From: Escherichia phage BEK2
Sequence record: MN158206.1
Length of the DNA: 46,880 nt
Strand: one strand, 5' to 3'
Part shown: one piece after another, positions 1-8,963 of the stretch
Numbering within the stretch: position 1 is the stretch's first letter
Layout of the letters: the number at the start of each line of letters is the position of its first letter
Translations under genes and position numbers: made by a program
The notes under the pieces: model-generated
Databases searched by the model: none
Told to the model about the DNA's origin: nothing
Seen by the model: only the letters and a program-made list of their open reading frames with translations

Positions 1-507
1 ATGAGCAAAGCAGCATTAAAGATGGGCGAAGGAAATTTCAAGGCGCTCTACAACAAGAAGTATGGCGATATTGCTATGGTGGCAATCAACCGCAAGTACA
101 CGCCTGAGGAAGTTTTCGATTTTGCGGTGAGATACTTCTCTTGGGCTGAAAGTGAGGTAATCAAAGCTATTGAGACGGCGGCTTTCCATGGCGTGGTTAG
201 TGAAAGCCTTGTACACAAACCGCGAGTGTTTACATTAACCGGGCTGGCGCTCTTTATGGGTGTTAACATCAATAGATTCGCTCGATGGCGCACTGAGGCT
301 GGATACTCTGATGTGATGGAATTTATTGATAACGTAATCTACGAGCAGAAGTACCAGCTTGGAGTTGCGGGTATCATCAACTCTACCATCGTTGGTAAAG
401 AGCTTGGTATTGATAAACCGCAGGAGATTAAGATTAGCAACAACTCCACAGCTAATGACGTTGATAGTATGAAGGAAGCACTGGAGTCCGTGATTAGTAA
501 GCTATAG
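1..507 (+). CDS. terminase small subunit (putative)
   Basis: 168-aa ORF directly upstream of the HNH/terL pair. ATG at nt 1 is served, across the window junction, by AAGGAGG (46868-46874) and a TGgTATAAT promoter (46847-46855). Assignment by size and position only. Confidence 0.55.
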   Translation: MSKAALKMGEGNFKALYNKKYGDIAMVAINRKYTPEEVFDFAVRYFSWAESEVIKAIETAAFHGVVSESLVHKPRVFTLTGLALFMGVNINRFARWRTEAGYSDVMEFIDNVIYEQKYQLGVAGIINSTIVGKELGIDKPQEIKISNNSTANDVDSMKEALESVISKL

Positions 508-547
508 CACTTATTGTTAAAAGAAGAGGCCCAATCAATGAGATAAT
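504..547 (+). promoter_or_regulatory. box promoter cassette P0
   Basis: ATAGCACTTATTGTTAAA (504-521), 21-nt spacer, GATAAT (542-547). The terS stop TAG (505-507) lies inside the box. A GGCCCA/TGGGCC hairpin spans the spacer. Drives the HNH gene. Confidence 0.55.
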
Positions 548-575
548 GGGCCCAACAAACTAGCGAGGTGGCGAT

Positions 576-1088
576 ATGAATTGGCATGATTATTTTGAAT
601 ACAAAGATGGGAAGATTTACTGGAAAGATTACGATAGCGAGAGGCTTGGAAGGAGAAGGATACAGCGAAGATTCATAGGGAAAGAGGTTGGCGGCATTGA
701 TAAAAGCCTAGGGTATGTTAGGGTAAACATGCCTGGTAAAAAATATTGGGTTCATAGAATAATCTGGGAGATGCATAACGGAGTAATACCAGAAGGTATG
801 CAAATTGACCGTATAAATCATGTTAGAAATGTTAATAGGATAGAAAACCTTAGGTTAGTTACAATTCAGGAAAATAGAAAGAATCAGTCAATAAATTCGA
901 GGAATAAGACCGGGGTTACCGGAGTCTGCATAGTATCTAGGACTGGCAAATATGCAGCTCAAATAAAAAAGGATGGAGAGAATATTCACTTGGGATTCTT
1001 TGATAATATTCACGACGCGTCGATTGTCAGGGCGAGGGCTGAATTTATTCTTGGGTATCATAAAAACCACGGGAGGAAAGATGAGTGA
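576..1088 (+). CDS. HNH-family homing endonuclease with AP2-like DNA-binding domain (HNH core degenerate)
   Basis: VHRIIWEMHNG...IDRINHVRNVNRIENLRLVT fits the phage HNH_3 pattern, but the usual D-H is D-R. TGVTGV...GKYAAQI...HLGFFD is AP2-like. Inserted between terS and terL; its stop overlaps the terL start (ATGAGTGA). Confidence 0.8.
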   Translation: MNWHDYFEYKDGKIYWKDYDSERLGRRRIQRRFIGKEVGGIDKSLGYVRVNMPGKKYWVHRIIWEMHNGVIPEGMQIDRINHVRNVNRIENLRLVTIQENRKNQSINSRNKTGVTGVCIVSRTGKYAAQIKKDGENIHLGFFDNIHDASIVRARAEFILGYHKNHGRKDE

Positions 1089-2652
1089 TTTAATCGTATG
1101 GGATGAGCTGACATACGCAGAAAAGATGGCTATCAAGGCCATCTCTGAGCATAGTTTCGAGGGGTTCTTGCGGTGTTTCTTCCAGATAACTCAGGGCGAG
1201 AGATTCAAAATGAATTGGCATGCGAAGTACCTATGCCGTGTTATAGATGAGATTCTCGAGGGAAAGAGAAAGGATACCATCATAAACGTAGCTCCCGGAT
1301 CAGCCAAAACCGAACTTTTTAGCATTCACTTCCCTGTGTATAGCATGATTAAGATTAAGAAGGTCAGGAATCTTAGTTTGTCGTTCTCTGATTCATTGGT
1401 TAAGCGCAACTCCAAACGCGTCCGTGACCTTATTAAGTCAAAGGAATTTCAGGAGCTCTGGCCTTGCACCTTTGGAACGTGCAGGGATGACGAGATTCAG
1501 GTTCTGGATGAGAATGGCAAAGTTAGGTTTGAGTCTATATCCAAGGCGATGGCAGGACAGGTGACGGGAAGCAGGGGAGGCTACATGACTGACGATTATA
1601 GTGGTTGCATAATGCTTGATGACCCACTAAAGCCTGATGACGCGTTAAGTAATGTAAGAAGAGAGGCTGTCAACATGCTTCTCAAGAACACAATTCGTTC
1701 ACGTCGAGCTAGCTCAGTAAAGGGAAAGGAAACGCCAATACTTTCCGTGCAGCAAAGACTTCATGTTCTGGACACTAGCCACTTCATGGAGTCAGGGCAA
1801 ATGGGCATAAAGTTCGACGTAGTGAAAGTTCCAGCCATAGTCACAGAGGATTACGCCGACACGCTTCCTGATTGGATCAAGCAACAATTTATTGATGATG
1901 TTCTTTCATCACCATTTGTAGAGCGGGATGGGGTTAAGTATTACAGCTACTTTCCGGCAAAGGAGTCAATAGAAGACCTGATGGCCATGTGGGATGCTGA
2001 CCAGTACACGTTCCTTAGTCAGTATCAACAAGAACCAGTAGCACTTGGCGGCAATCTGATTAACGTGGATTGGTTCCAGCGCCTTAGCGATACATTCAGA
2101 CCTCCCGCTAAGTATGATTATCGATTCATCACATGCGATACTGCGATGACTACAAAGAGTTATAGTGACTTCTCTGTACTTCAGTTGTGGGGCTATAAGG
2201 ACGCCAAGATTTACCTGATAGACCAGCGCAGAGGTAAGTGGGAGGCGCCAGAGTTGGAAGCTGAACTGCTGGACTTCGAGAAGAAATCAAGGGCAACCAG
2301 TCAGGCAGATGGCATCCTCCGAAAGATTATCATCGAGAAGAAAGCCTCTGGTATCGGTCTTATTCAATCGGCAGGTAGAGTTATGCGAACACCGATAGAG
2401 CCATACGTGCCGGATAACGACAAGCTAACTAGGGTAATGAGCGCATTGCCACAGATTAAAGCTGGTAACGTAGTTCTTCCCGAGTCAGCGTCGTGGTTAA
2501 ACGGATTGCTTACTGAGGTTGCGGCTTTTACGGCAGATGATTCGCATAAGCACGATGACCAAATTGATACCATGACAATGGCAATCAACCTGGTTCTGAA
2601 CATTGCGGACGATCCTAAGGCGCGACTAATGCGCATAGCGGGAATTAAATAG
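1081..2652 (+). CDS. terL: terminase large subunit
   Basis: Walker A-like VAPGSAKT and Walker B-like CIMLDDPLKPDD. C-terminal acidic nuclease-type motifs (ITCDTAMT, HKHDDQIDT). GGGAGG SD before ATG 1081. The 973 start in the ORF track lies inside the HNH gene. Confidence 0.85.
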   Translation: MSDLIVWDELTYAEKMAIKAISEHSFEGFLRCFFQITQGERFKMNWHAKYLCRVIDEILEGKRKDTIINVAPGSAKTELFSIHFPVYSMIKIKKVRNLSLSFSDSLVKRNSKRVRDLIKSKEFQELWPCTFGTCRDDEIQVLDENGKVRFESISKAMAGQVTGSRGGYMTDDYSGCIMLDDPLKPDDALSNVRREAVNMLLKNTIRSRRASSVKGKETPILSVQQRLHVLDTSHFMESGQMGIKFDVVKVPAIVTEDYADTLPDWIKQQFIDDVLSSPFVERDGVKYYSYFPAKESIEDLMAMWDADQYTFLSQYQQEPVALGGNLINVDWFQRLSDTFRPPAKYDYRFITCDTAMTTKSYSDFSVLQLWGYKDAKIYLIDQRRGKWEAPELEAELLDFEKKSRATSQADGILRKIIIEKKASGIGLIQSAGRVMRTPIEPYVPDNDKLTRVMSALPQIKAGNVVLPESASWLNGLLTEVAAFTADDSHKHDDQIDTMTMAINLVLNIADDPKARLMRIAGIK

Positions 2653-2692
2653 CACGAATTGCTAAACATAAAAGCCAGGGATGGCTTATAGT
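2649..2692 (+). promoter_or_regulatory. box promoter cassette P1
   Basis: ATAGCACGAATTGCTAAA (2649-2666), 22-nt spacer containing an AGCCA/TGGCT hairpin, TATAGT (2687-2692). The terL stop TAG is inside the box. Confidence 0.65.
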
Positions 2693-2727
2693 TACTTCAC
2701 ACAAACGAGATGAGAGGAGATAAACAA

Positions 2728-3111
2728 ATGGGACGCACTTCAAAGGTTGTATATCTTGGAAGCAACACTGGAGAGTGTGGTGGTTTTACAGTAGGAAAGG
2801 AATATAAGGCTTACAATTATAATACTGAATATAATTACATTTCAACTTATGATGATAAAGGTAGCTATCGTCAAATCAAGAACGGAGCATTCCACCACTT
2901 CAAACTCCATGATGAGGATGACCATTTTGTAACTGAGACTGAGTGCGCAGTCATGCAGCCCAGCGAAGATAAAAAACCATCTCTAATATATTGCATAAAC
3001 GGTCATGAAGTTGACATGATTGAGTTTGAAAATGTGCGCCATAAGGTTCTAGAGCTTGATGCTTATGGCGTAAAATGCGACACAATCAAGTTCGAAGTAA
3101 AATTCGAGTAA
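2728..3111 (+). CDS. hypothetical protein (insulated cassette between terL and portal)
   Basis: 127 aa; GAGAGGAG SD before ATG 2728. Bounded by P1 and terminator 3133-3155. N-terminus carries the FTVGKEY...YDDKG small-domain signature seen in other cassette-first genes. Confidence 0.6.
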   Translation: MGRTSKVVYLGSNTGECGGFTVGKEYKAYNYNTEYNYISTYDDKGSYRQIKNGAFHHFKLHDEDDHFVTETECAVMQPSEDKKPSLIYCINGHEVDMIEFENVRHKVLELDAYGVKCDTIKFEVKFE

Positions 3112-3132
3112 TCAAAAACTGTGTGATAAACT

Positions 3133-3155
3133 AGCCCCTAAATGGGGCTTTTTTT
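3133..3155 (+). terminator. rho-independent terminator
   Basis: AGCCCC-TAAAT-GGGGCT followed by T7. Confidence 0.8.
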
Positions 3156-3168
3156 ATTGGAGAAAAAC

Positions 3169-4437
3169 ATGGTTAAGACAGACAGCTACGCCAATATATT
3201 TCTCGGCGGCAGTGATGGTAGTGAGATTTACGGGAGCTTACAGAATCAGGAACCTACAATTCTGGGTTCGCTTTATGCAAATAATGCCATAGTGCGTAGA
3301 ATTATCGACACAATCCCTGAGACAGCATTAGCGGCAGGATTCCACATTGATGGCATTGATGATGAGCCTGCCTTCTGGTCACGCTGGGATGATCTAGAAA
3401 TGACGCAGAATATTAACGATGCTTGGTCTTGGGCTAGATTATTCGGTGGAGCCGCTATTGTCGCTATCGTTAAGGACAATAGGGCGCTAACAAGTCCTGT
3501 CAGAGAAGGTGCCGAACTTGAAACTGTTAGAGTTTACGACCGCACACAAGTAAAAGTACAAACTCGCGAGGAGAATCCCCGTAACGCACGTTTTGGTAAG
3601 CCACTAACCTATCGCATTACCACAAATGAGAGCGATATGTTCTATGATGTGCATTACAGCAGAATTCACATCATTGACGGAGAGCGAATTCCTAACGTAA
3701 TGCGTCGGCAAAATGACGGCTGGGGCCGCAGCGTTCTATCCAGTGACATTCTTGACTCAATCAAGGATTACACCAACTGCGAACGACTGGCTACGCAACT
3801 ACTGAGAAGAAAGCAGCAAGCAGTGTGGAAAGCCAAAGGTCTGGCTGAGTTGTGTGATGATAGCGAGGGATTTGGTGCCGCAAGGTTGCGCCTAGCACAG
3901 GTTGATAATAATAGCGGAGTTGGTCAGGCGATTGGGATTGATGCAGAATCTGAAGAGTATAGCGTTCTAAACTCTGACATTGGCGGGATTGATGCGTTTC
4001 TGGATAAGAAGTTTGACAGAATCGTTGCTCTGAGCGGTATTCATGAAATTATCCTCAAGAACAAAAACGTTGGCGGCGTGTCATCAAGTCAAAACACTGC
4101 ACTTGAGACATTCCACAAGCTAATTGACCGCAAGCGTAACTCTGAGCTGCTTCCTGTTCTTGAGTTCTTAATTCCGTTCATCGTTAACGTTGACGAATGG
4201 TCGGTTGAGTTTAACCCCTTAGCTCAGGAATCAAGCAAGGACAAAGCGGAGATTCTGGAGAGGAACGTAAACAGCATCGCGACGCTAATTGCATCTGGCG
4301 CTATGGATATTGATGAGGCGAGAGATACATTGCGTACAATCGCTCCAGAGGTTAAGATTAGTGACGGTTCAGTAGAGACAGAGGTGACAATTAGTGAAAC
4401 CAGTAACGACCCGCTGGAAGTATCCGCAGACAATTGA
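3169..4437 (+). CDS. portal protein
   Basis: 422 aa, located between terL and the Mu-F-like head protein. GGAG SD before ATG 3169 (the 3142 ATG lies inside the terminator hairpin). Acidic C-terminus. Confidence 0.75.
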   Translation: MVKTDSYANIFLGGSDGSEIYGSLQNQEPTILGSLYANNAIVRRIIDTIPETALAAGFHIDGIDDEPAFWSRWDDLEMTQNINDAWSWARLFGGAAIVAIVKDNRALTSPVREGAELETVRVYDRTQVKVQTREENPRNARFGKPLTYRITTNESDMFYDVHYSRIHIIDGERIPNVMRRQNDGWGRSVLSSDILDSIKDYTNCERLATQLLRRKQQAVWKAKGLAELCDDSEGFGAARLRLAQVDNNSGVGQAIGIDAESEEYSVLNSDIGGIDAFLDKKFDRIVALSGIHEIILKNKNVGGVSSSQNTALETFHKLIDRKRNSELLPVLEFLIPFIVNVDEWSVEFNPLAQESSKDKAEILERNVNSIATLIASGAMDIDEARDTLRTIAPEVKISDGSVETEVTISETSNDPLEVSADN

Positions 4438-5122
4438 GAGCCAGGTTAACCGCAATCTAAGTATTGCGGTAACTGAGTTAATTTCAGCAATGAAGGAGTC
4501 AGCAACAAGGCTTAAAATTGATACTGCGGAGGAACTGGAGGAGGAGGATGGATACCTTGATGGGGTAATTGCGGCATTGGTGGCTTCCTTTATATCAACA
4601 ATCCCAGCCATAGGGGCGGCGATATACAGATACAATAGCTCTCAATTTCTTGCGCTTGCAATCAAGACCGGAGGAAGATCCAACCCTAGCGTTCTAGACC
4701 TTGAAGTTAATGGCATTAATGGCGATGAGCCGTGGTATAATGATGACCTTAATCAGTGGGTTTACACCACAAACAAGTCAGCGATTAAATTACTGAATAA
4801 CATTAAAGATGACTTCATTCAAACGGCATCAACAGCACAGAATGGTGACTACGTTGAGTTATCAGATAGGTACAAAACATACAGAAAGCGAACGGCAAAC
4901 ATCGCATCTGGGATTGTGTCAAGCCTAAACTCTACACTTATGAGGCGGAGGATTGATGATGCTGGCGTTAGTCGTTACATCTGGCATGGTATGCTGGACG
5001 ATAGGGAGCGCCAGTCTCACATAGCAAGAGAAGGCCTTAGCTTTAAACTTGGTGGTAACGATATATTTCCAGGTCAAGAATACGGCTGTCGTTGTTGGTC
5101 TGTTCCAGATTGGGAATCATAA
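4394..5122 (+). CDS. head morphogenesis protein (Mu F / SPP1 gp7-like)
   Basis: C-terminal WHGMLDDRERQSHIAREG...PGQEYGCRCW matches the Mu F-type domain signature. GTG start with GAGGTG SD overlaps the portal 3' end; alternative ATG at 4492. Confidence 0.65.
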   Translation: MKPVTTRWKYPQTIESQVNRNLSIAVTELISAMKESATRLKIDTAEELEEEDGYLDGVIAALVASFISTIPAIGAAIYRYNSSQFLALAIKTGGRSNPSVLDLEVNGINGDEPWYNDDLNQWVYTTNKSAIKLLNNIKDDFIQTASTAQNGDYVELSDRYKTYRKRTANIASGIVSSLNSTLMRRRIDDAGVSRYIWHGMLDDRERQSHIAREGLSFKLGGNDIFPGQEYGCRCWSVPDWES

Positions 5123-5134
5123 TAGGAGAATTAA

Positions 5135-6223
5135 ATGAGTAAAATCCGCTATGATAGCGCGAAGGTGAAGGCTCGATTTGATGAAAACGGCTTTCTGGTT
5201 GATACCCCGATTGTTGCACGCGTCGGGGTGCAAACCTACTACCTTCCAGATGGCACAGAACGCAGAGAATTTAGACCAGCCTCGGAGGTCTTTAAGCCTG
5301 ATTCTCTGGATAGTTATCAGGGCAAACCAATTACATTAGGTCATGTATTTGTTAACTCAGATAATGCTAAAGAGGTCGTTGTAGGCGCGGTGTCTGGCTC
5401 AGCAATGCGTGAAGATTCAAATGTGATTGTTCCACTAACTGTTTACGACAAAGAATCAATCGAGAAGGCCAAAAATGGAATTGCTGGTGAGCTATCTGTA
5501 GGGTACTCAACTGTTGACGTTGAGTCCAAAGGCTGGGGTAGTAACGAAACTGGTGAGTATAAGCTAGATGGTGAGTATCAATCACAGGATGAAATTCCTC
5601 CTGACTGGGTTAGATTCGATGCGCTGCAAACTGAAATTAAAGTAAACCATGTCGCGCTGGTATACAAAGGAAGAGCGCAAGTAGCAAAGTTAAATTTTGA
5701 CGCTCAACAGGAAAACCCGTATACTACTGACGTTGATATCAATAAAGAGGATAAACAGGAAATGATTAAGATTAAACTCGACGGCGCGCAGGAATTCGAA
5801 GTTGCACCGGAAATCGCTTCTCACATCGAAGCACTGAACGCAAAGGCTGACACTGCAATCGCAGAGCGCGACGCACTGAAAGCCAAGGTTGATGCAATGC
5901 CTGCTGAAATCGAAGCTGCAGTTGCTAAAGCGAAAGCTGATGCTGATGCCCTGGCCGCTCTGGTTGCCGTTGCCGCTGAAGCTGGTGTCAAAGCTGATGG
6001 TCTGGATTCTAAAGGTATTAAAGTTGCCTACGTTAAAGAAATCTCCGGCCTTGATGTTAGTGAGAAGTCTGACGCATACATCGACGCGGCATTCGACATT
6101 GCCAAAGAATCTGATAAAATGGCTGAAGTACGTAAAGCGACTACCTCTTCCGATAAATCTGACAGCGCCGATGAGCCTAAGAAATTAGATCCGCGTGCTC
6201 GTTTAGCTAAAATTAAGAAATAA
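5135..6223 (+). CDS. head scaffolding protein (putative)
   Basis: 362 aa. Globular N-terminal part, then an Ala/Lys/Glu-rich helical tail (AERDALKAKVDAMPAEIEAAVAKAKADADALAAL). Position is between the Mu-F-like and capsid genes. AGGAG SD. Confidence 0.5.
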   Translation: MSKIRYDSAKVKARFDENGFLVDTPIVARVGVQTYYLPDGTERREFRPASEVFKPDSLDSYQGKPITLGHVFVNSDNAKEVVVGAVSGSAMREDSNVIVPLTVYDKESIEKAKNGIAGELSVGYSTVDVESKGWGSNETGEYKLDGEYQSQDEIPPDWVRFDALQTEIKVNHVALVYKGRAQVAKLNFDAQQENPYTTDVDINKEDKQEMIKIKLDGAQEFEVAPEIASHIEALNAKADTAIAERDALKAKVDAMPAEIEAAVAKAKADADALAALVAVAAEAGVKADGLDSKGIKVAYVKEISGLDVSEKSDAYIDAAFDIAKESDKMAEVRKATTSSDKSDSADEPKKLDPRARLAKIKK

Positions 6224-6235
6224 GGAGTTATAAAC

Positions 6236-6757
6236 ATGGCAATTCGTTCCGTAGCACTGGCTGGTATGATTTCTGATACTTCGCTCTATAACATCGACGG
6301 CGCTTGCGTGGTTGGCGGTGCAGCACCAATTCCGGTTGGCACTTTTGTTGGCGTAACTTCAGCTCAGCCTGTAGATGGTCACAAGGTTGTTGGCCTACCA
6401 GTCGTAACTGGCTCGGCAGTTAAACCTTATGGTGTTGTTGTTAAATCTCATTACGAGACTCCAGATGGCACAGCTCGCGTAAATGAAGCAGTTAACGTAA
6501 TGACTCATGGTCGAATCTGGGTTCGTACAACTCTAGCGGCTGCGCCAGTTTTTGGTAGTAAGGTTTACGTAAACGCGAGTGGCGTTGTTACTACTGAGGT
6601 TGCTACCACTACTTGGGAGACTGGCTTTACATTTGCTGGCGGTTATGTGTCGGCTTACGCTGGCGGCGCTGACCCAATTAAGCAAGGTGAAAGCGTTGAT
6701 GGCGCACTGGTTGAAGTTCAGTTGATTCAATCCGCAGACTCAACCGTCGCCGCTTAA
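6236..6757 (+). CDS. capsid accessory/decoration protein (putative)
   Basis: 173 aa, Gly/Val/Ala-rich, AAGGAG SD. Lies immediately upstream of the major capsid unit and is followed by a strong terminator. Function inferred from position only. Confidence 0.4.
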   Translation: MAIRSVALAGMISDTSLYNIDGACVVGGAAPIPVGTFVGVTSAQPVDGHKVVGLPVVTGSAVKPYGVVVKSHYETPDGTARVNEAVNVMTHGRIWVRTTLAAAPVFGSKVYVNASGVVTTEVATTTWETGFTFAGGYVSAYAGGADPIKQGESVDGALVEVQLIQSADSTVAA

Positions 6758-6775
6758 TAATTAAGATATATAAAG

Positions 6776-6796
6776 CCTCCTTCGGGAGGTTTTTTT
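6776..6796 (+). terminator. rho-independent terminator (UUCG loop)
   Basis: CCTCC-TTCG-GGAGG followed by T7. Confidence 0.85.
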
Positions 6797-6802
6797 ATAC
6801 CA

Positions 6803-6830
6803 TTGCGTGGGCTAAAAACTCGTGTATAAT
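6803..6830 (+). promoter_or_regulatory. sigma70-type promoter for the capsid gene
   Basis: TTGCGT (6803-6808), 16-nt spacer, TATAAT (6825-6830). No palindromic box. Confidence 0.6.
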
Positions 6831-6868
6831 GAATCCGTAGACACCTAACCGAAAAGGAACAATAAAGA

Positions 6869-7813
6869 ATGGCCATTAAATTTGATGCAGAACAAGCAAA
6901 AATCACCGCTCATCTCGAGCAAATGGGCGTAGATAAGGCCGATGCCGCAGGTATCTGGACCGTTAGTCAGCTAACCGCATCTCTGAAACGTGCTTACGAA
7001 AAAGAGTATGCAGACAACTCAGTTGTTAACATTTTCCCTGTAACCAATGAAATCCCTGGTCACGCGAAGTATTTCGAATATCCAGAGTTTGATGGTGTTG
7101 GTATTGCTCAGATTATCGCTGATTACTCTGACGACCTGCCGCTGGTTGATGCATTCATGACCGAGAAGCAAGGTAAAGTGTTCCGTTTCGGTAACGCATT
7201 CCTGATTTCTACTGATGAAATTAAAGCTGGCGCCGCAACTGGTCAATCACTGTCAACTCGCAAGCAGGCGCTGGCTTTCGAAGCGCACGACAACCTGCTT
7301 GATAAACTGGTTTGGTCTGGCTCCACTCCGCACGGTATCCCAAGCGTATTCGATCAGCCGAACATCAACAACGTTGTTGCAACTCCAAACTGGAATTTGC
7401 CGCAGAACGCAATTAATGACGTCACCGCTATGATTGATGCGGTTGAGAGTGCAACTCAAGGCCTCCATCATGTGACTGACATTCTGCTCCCGGCCTCTGC
7501 TCGCCGAGTAATGCAGCAGCTAGTTCCGAATGCCGCCCTGAGCTACGGTGAATTGTTCACTCGTAACAACCCAGGTCTGAATATTCGTTTCTTGCAGTTC
7601 CTGGATAACTACGATGGTGCGGGTGGAAAAGCCGCTCTGGCGTTTGAGAAGAATCCGCTTAACGCTAGCATCGAGATTCCAGAGGCTACTAACGTACTTC
7701 CTGGCCAAGTGAAGGATTTGCATATCAAATACCCCGTAACTTCCAAATCGACAGGCTTGGTAATTTACAGACCTTTAACATTTGCAGTTATCAAAGGCAT
7801 CACCTTTGCTTAA
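6869..7813 (+). CDS. major capsid protein
   Basis: 314 aa; a stand-alone expression unit with its own promoter and strong terminators on both sides. Position follows the scaffold gene. AAGGA SD. Confidence 0.7.
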   Translation: MAIKFDAEQAKITAHLEQMGVDKADAAGIWTVSQLTASLKRAYEKEYADNSVVNIFPVTNEIPGHAKYFEYPEFDGVGIAQIIADYSDDLPLVDAFMTEKQGKVFRFGNAFLISTDEIKAGAATGQSLSTRKQALAFEAHDNLLDKLVWSGSTPHGIPSVFDQPNINNVVATPNWNLPQNAINDVTAMIDAVESATQGLHHVTDILLPASARRVMQQLVPNAALSYGELFTRNNPGLNIRFLQFLDNYDGAGGKAALAFEKNPLNASIEIPEATNVLPGQVKDLHIKYPVTSKSTGLVIYRPLTFAVIKGITFA

Positions 7814-7819
7814 TAAATC

Positions 7820-7842
7820 GCCCTCTTCGGAGGGCTTTTTTT
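7820..7842 (+). terminator. rho-independent terminator (UUCG loop)
   Basis: GCCCTC-TTCG-GAGGGC followed by T7. Confidence 0.85.
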
Positions 7843-7847
7843 ACGTC

Positions 7848-7876
7848 TGTACCAAATGGAATTGTTGGGTTATAAT
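7848..7876 (+). promoter_or_regulatory. possible sigma70-type promoter
   Basis: TATAAT at 7871-7876 with only a weak -35 candidate (TGTACC) 17 nt upstream. Confidence 0.3.
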
Positions 7877-7906
7877 CACTCAATCAGATAAACAAAGGAG
7901 ACAAAA

Positions 7907-8152
7907 ATGATTCGCTTAGAACACACTGGCGCTTGCCTTATCGTTTACAAGGGTGAGAAATATTTGCCTGGTGACACTTTTGAGGTTGATGTAATTTGCG
8001 ACGGACTCAAGCGTTTAATCGCAGAGGGTAAACTCACCATTGAGGGTGACGCCAAAGCAACCAAACAGATCGCGCAAGAAGTTGTTAGCAAGAAAAAGCG
8101 CAAGGAACCGAAAACCATCTCCGAAGCTGAGAGTGGCAACGAGTACAAATAA
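7907..8152 (+). CDS. hypothetical protein
   Basis: 81 aa, AAGGAG SD, Lys-rich C-terminus, followed by a terminator. Confidence 0.55.
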   Translation: MIRLEHTGACLIVYKGEKYLPGDTFEVDVICDGLKRLIAEGKLTIEGDAKATKQIAQEVVSKKKRKEPKTISEAESGNEYK

Positions 8153-8158
8153 CAAACA

Positions 8159-8180
8159 GGGCGCTTCGGCGTCCTTTATT
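8159..8180 (+). terminator. rho-independent terminator (UUCG loop)
   Basis: GGGCGC-TTCG-GCGTCC (one G:U pair) followed by TTTATT. Confidence 0.6.
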
Positions 8181-8193
8181 GTATGGAGCTAAT

Positions 8194-8595
8194 ATGAATG
8201 ATGCAATTTTGGCGTTTATGCGCTCTCTTGTTCCTGCTCTCAAAGCGGTGGATGACGAATCAATTAATGTATGGATTGATTTGGCACGTCTATACGTATG
8301 CGAAAGCAAGTTTGGCGCAGACAAAGATAAGGCCGTAGGACTTTACGCACTACACCTAATGCTTGCTGATGGCGCGTTTAAGGGTGAGAGTGAAGGGCTG
8401 GAAACATACAGCCGTAGAATGGCAAGTTATGCACTGAGCGGTGAATTCTCTATCACCTATGATAGCCAATCAGCAATCCAAGGTGATTTATCATCTTCCT
8501 CCTGGGGGCGCATGTACAAAGCACTGCTCCGCAAGAAAGGTGGCGGCTTCGGTTTAATTACTTCCGCTGGTGGCGGTGGGTGCGGTTGCCGATGA
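8194..8595 (+). CDS. head-tail connector protein (putative)
   Basis: 133 aa. ATG 8194 preceded by GGAG. First of four short, translationally coupled genes between the capsid and tube genes. Confidence 0.45.
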   Translation: MNDAILAFMRSLVPALKAVDDESINVWIDLARLYVCESKFGADKDKAVGLYALHLMLADGAFKGESEGLETYSRRMASYALSGEFSITYDSQSAIQGDLSSSSWGRMYKALLRKKGGGFGLITSAGGGGCGCR

Positions 8596-8963
8596 ACTAC
8601 AACGAAATAGAATCAATTACTCGCGCTGGTATTAACTTCTTTAGTGATGCAAATGGTGTTTATGAAATGAGCACCGGAGCCGGTTATGTTGAAATCGTTA
8701 ACGGCGTTGAGGTAGAGGTTCCTTCGCAGACATCCCAGATAAAAGGATTGGTGCGAGAAATCAAGACGCGCGATATTGATGGCGAGTTTATCCAGTTTGG
8801 CGATAAGCGCGGAATCTTCACGGCACAGGTGGAAATTAAGCAGGGTTATCAGATTAAGGTTGATGGCGAGACTTTCGTTGTTATTGACCCACGGCCCGTT
8901 AAACCAACCGGAACAGTTGTTGGGTATAGACCGATTCTTCGTAGGGTGGCTACTTATGGCTAG
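8592..8963 (+). CDS. head-tail adaptor/closure protein (putative)
   Basis: 123 aa. ATGA start/stop overlap with the upstream gene. Function inferred from position. Confidence 0.4.
   Translation: MNYNEIESITRAGINFFSDANGVYEMSTGAGYVEIVNGVEVEVPSQTSQIKGLVREIKTRDIDGEFIQFGDKRGIFTAQVEIKQGYQIKVDGETFVVIDPRPVKPTGTVVGYRPILRRVATYG

Noticed and set aside
973-1080. N-terminal extension of terL in the ORF track (start at 973)
   Set aside because: It lies wholly inside the HNH gene in another frame. ATG 1081 has a GGGAGG SD and an ATGAGTGA overlap with the HNH stop.
5889-6188. 99-aa alternative-frame ORF (Leu/Lys/Pro-rich) inside the scaffold gene
   Set aside because: It arises from the GCT/GAA/AAA-rich repeat region that encodes the Ala/Lys/Glu helical tail. 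No independent start signals.
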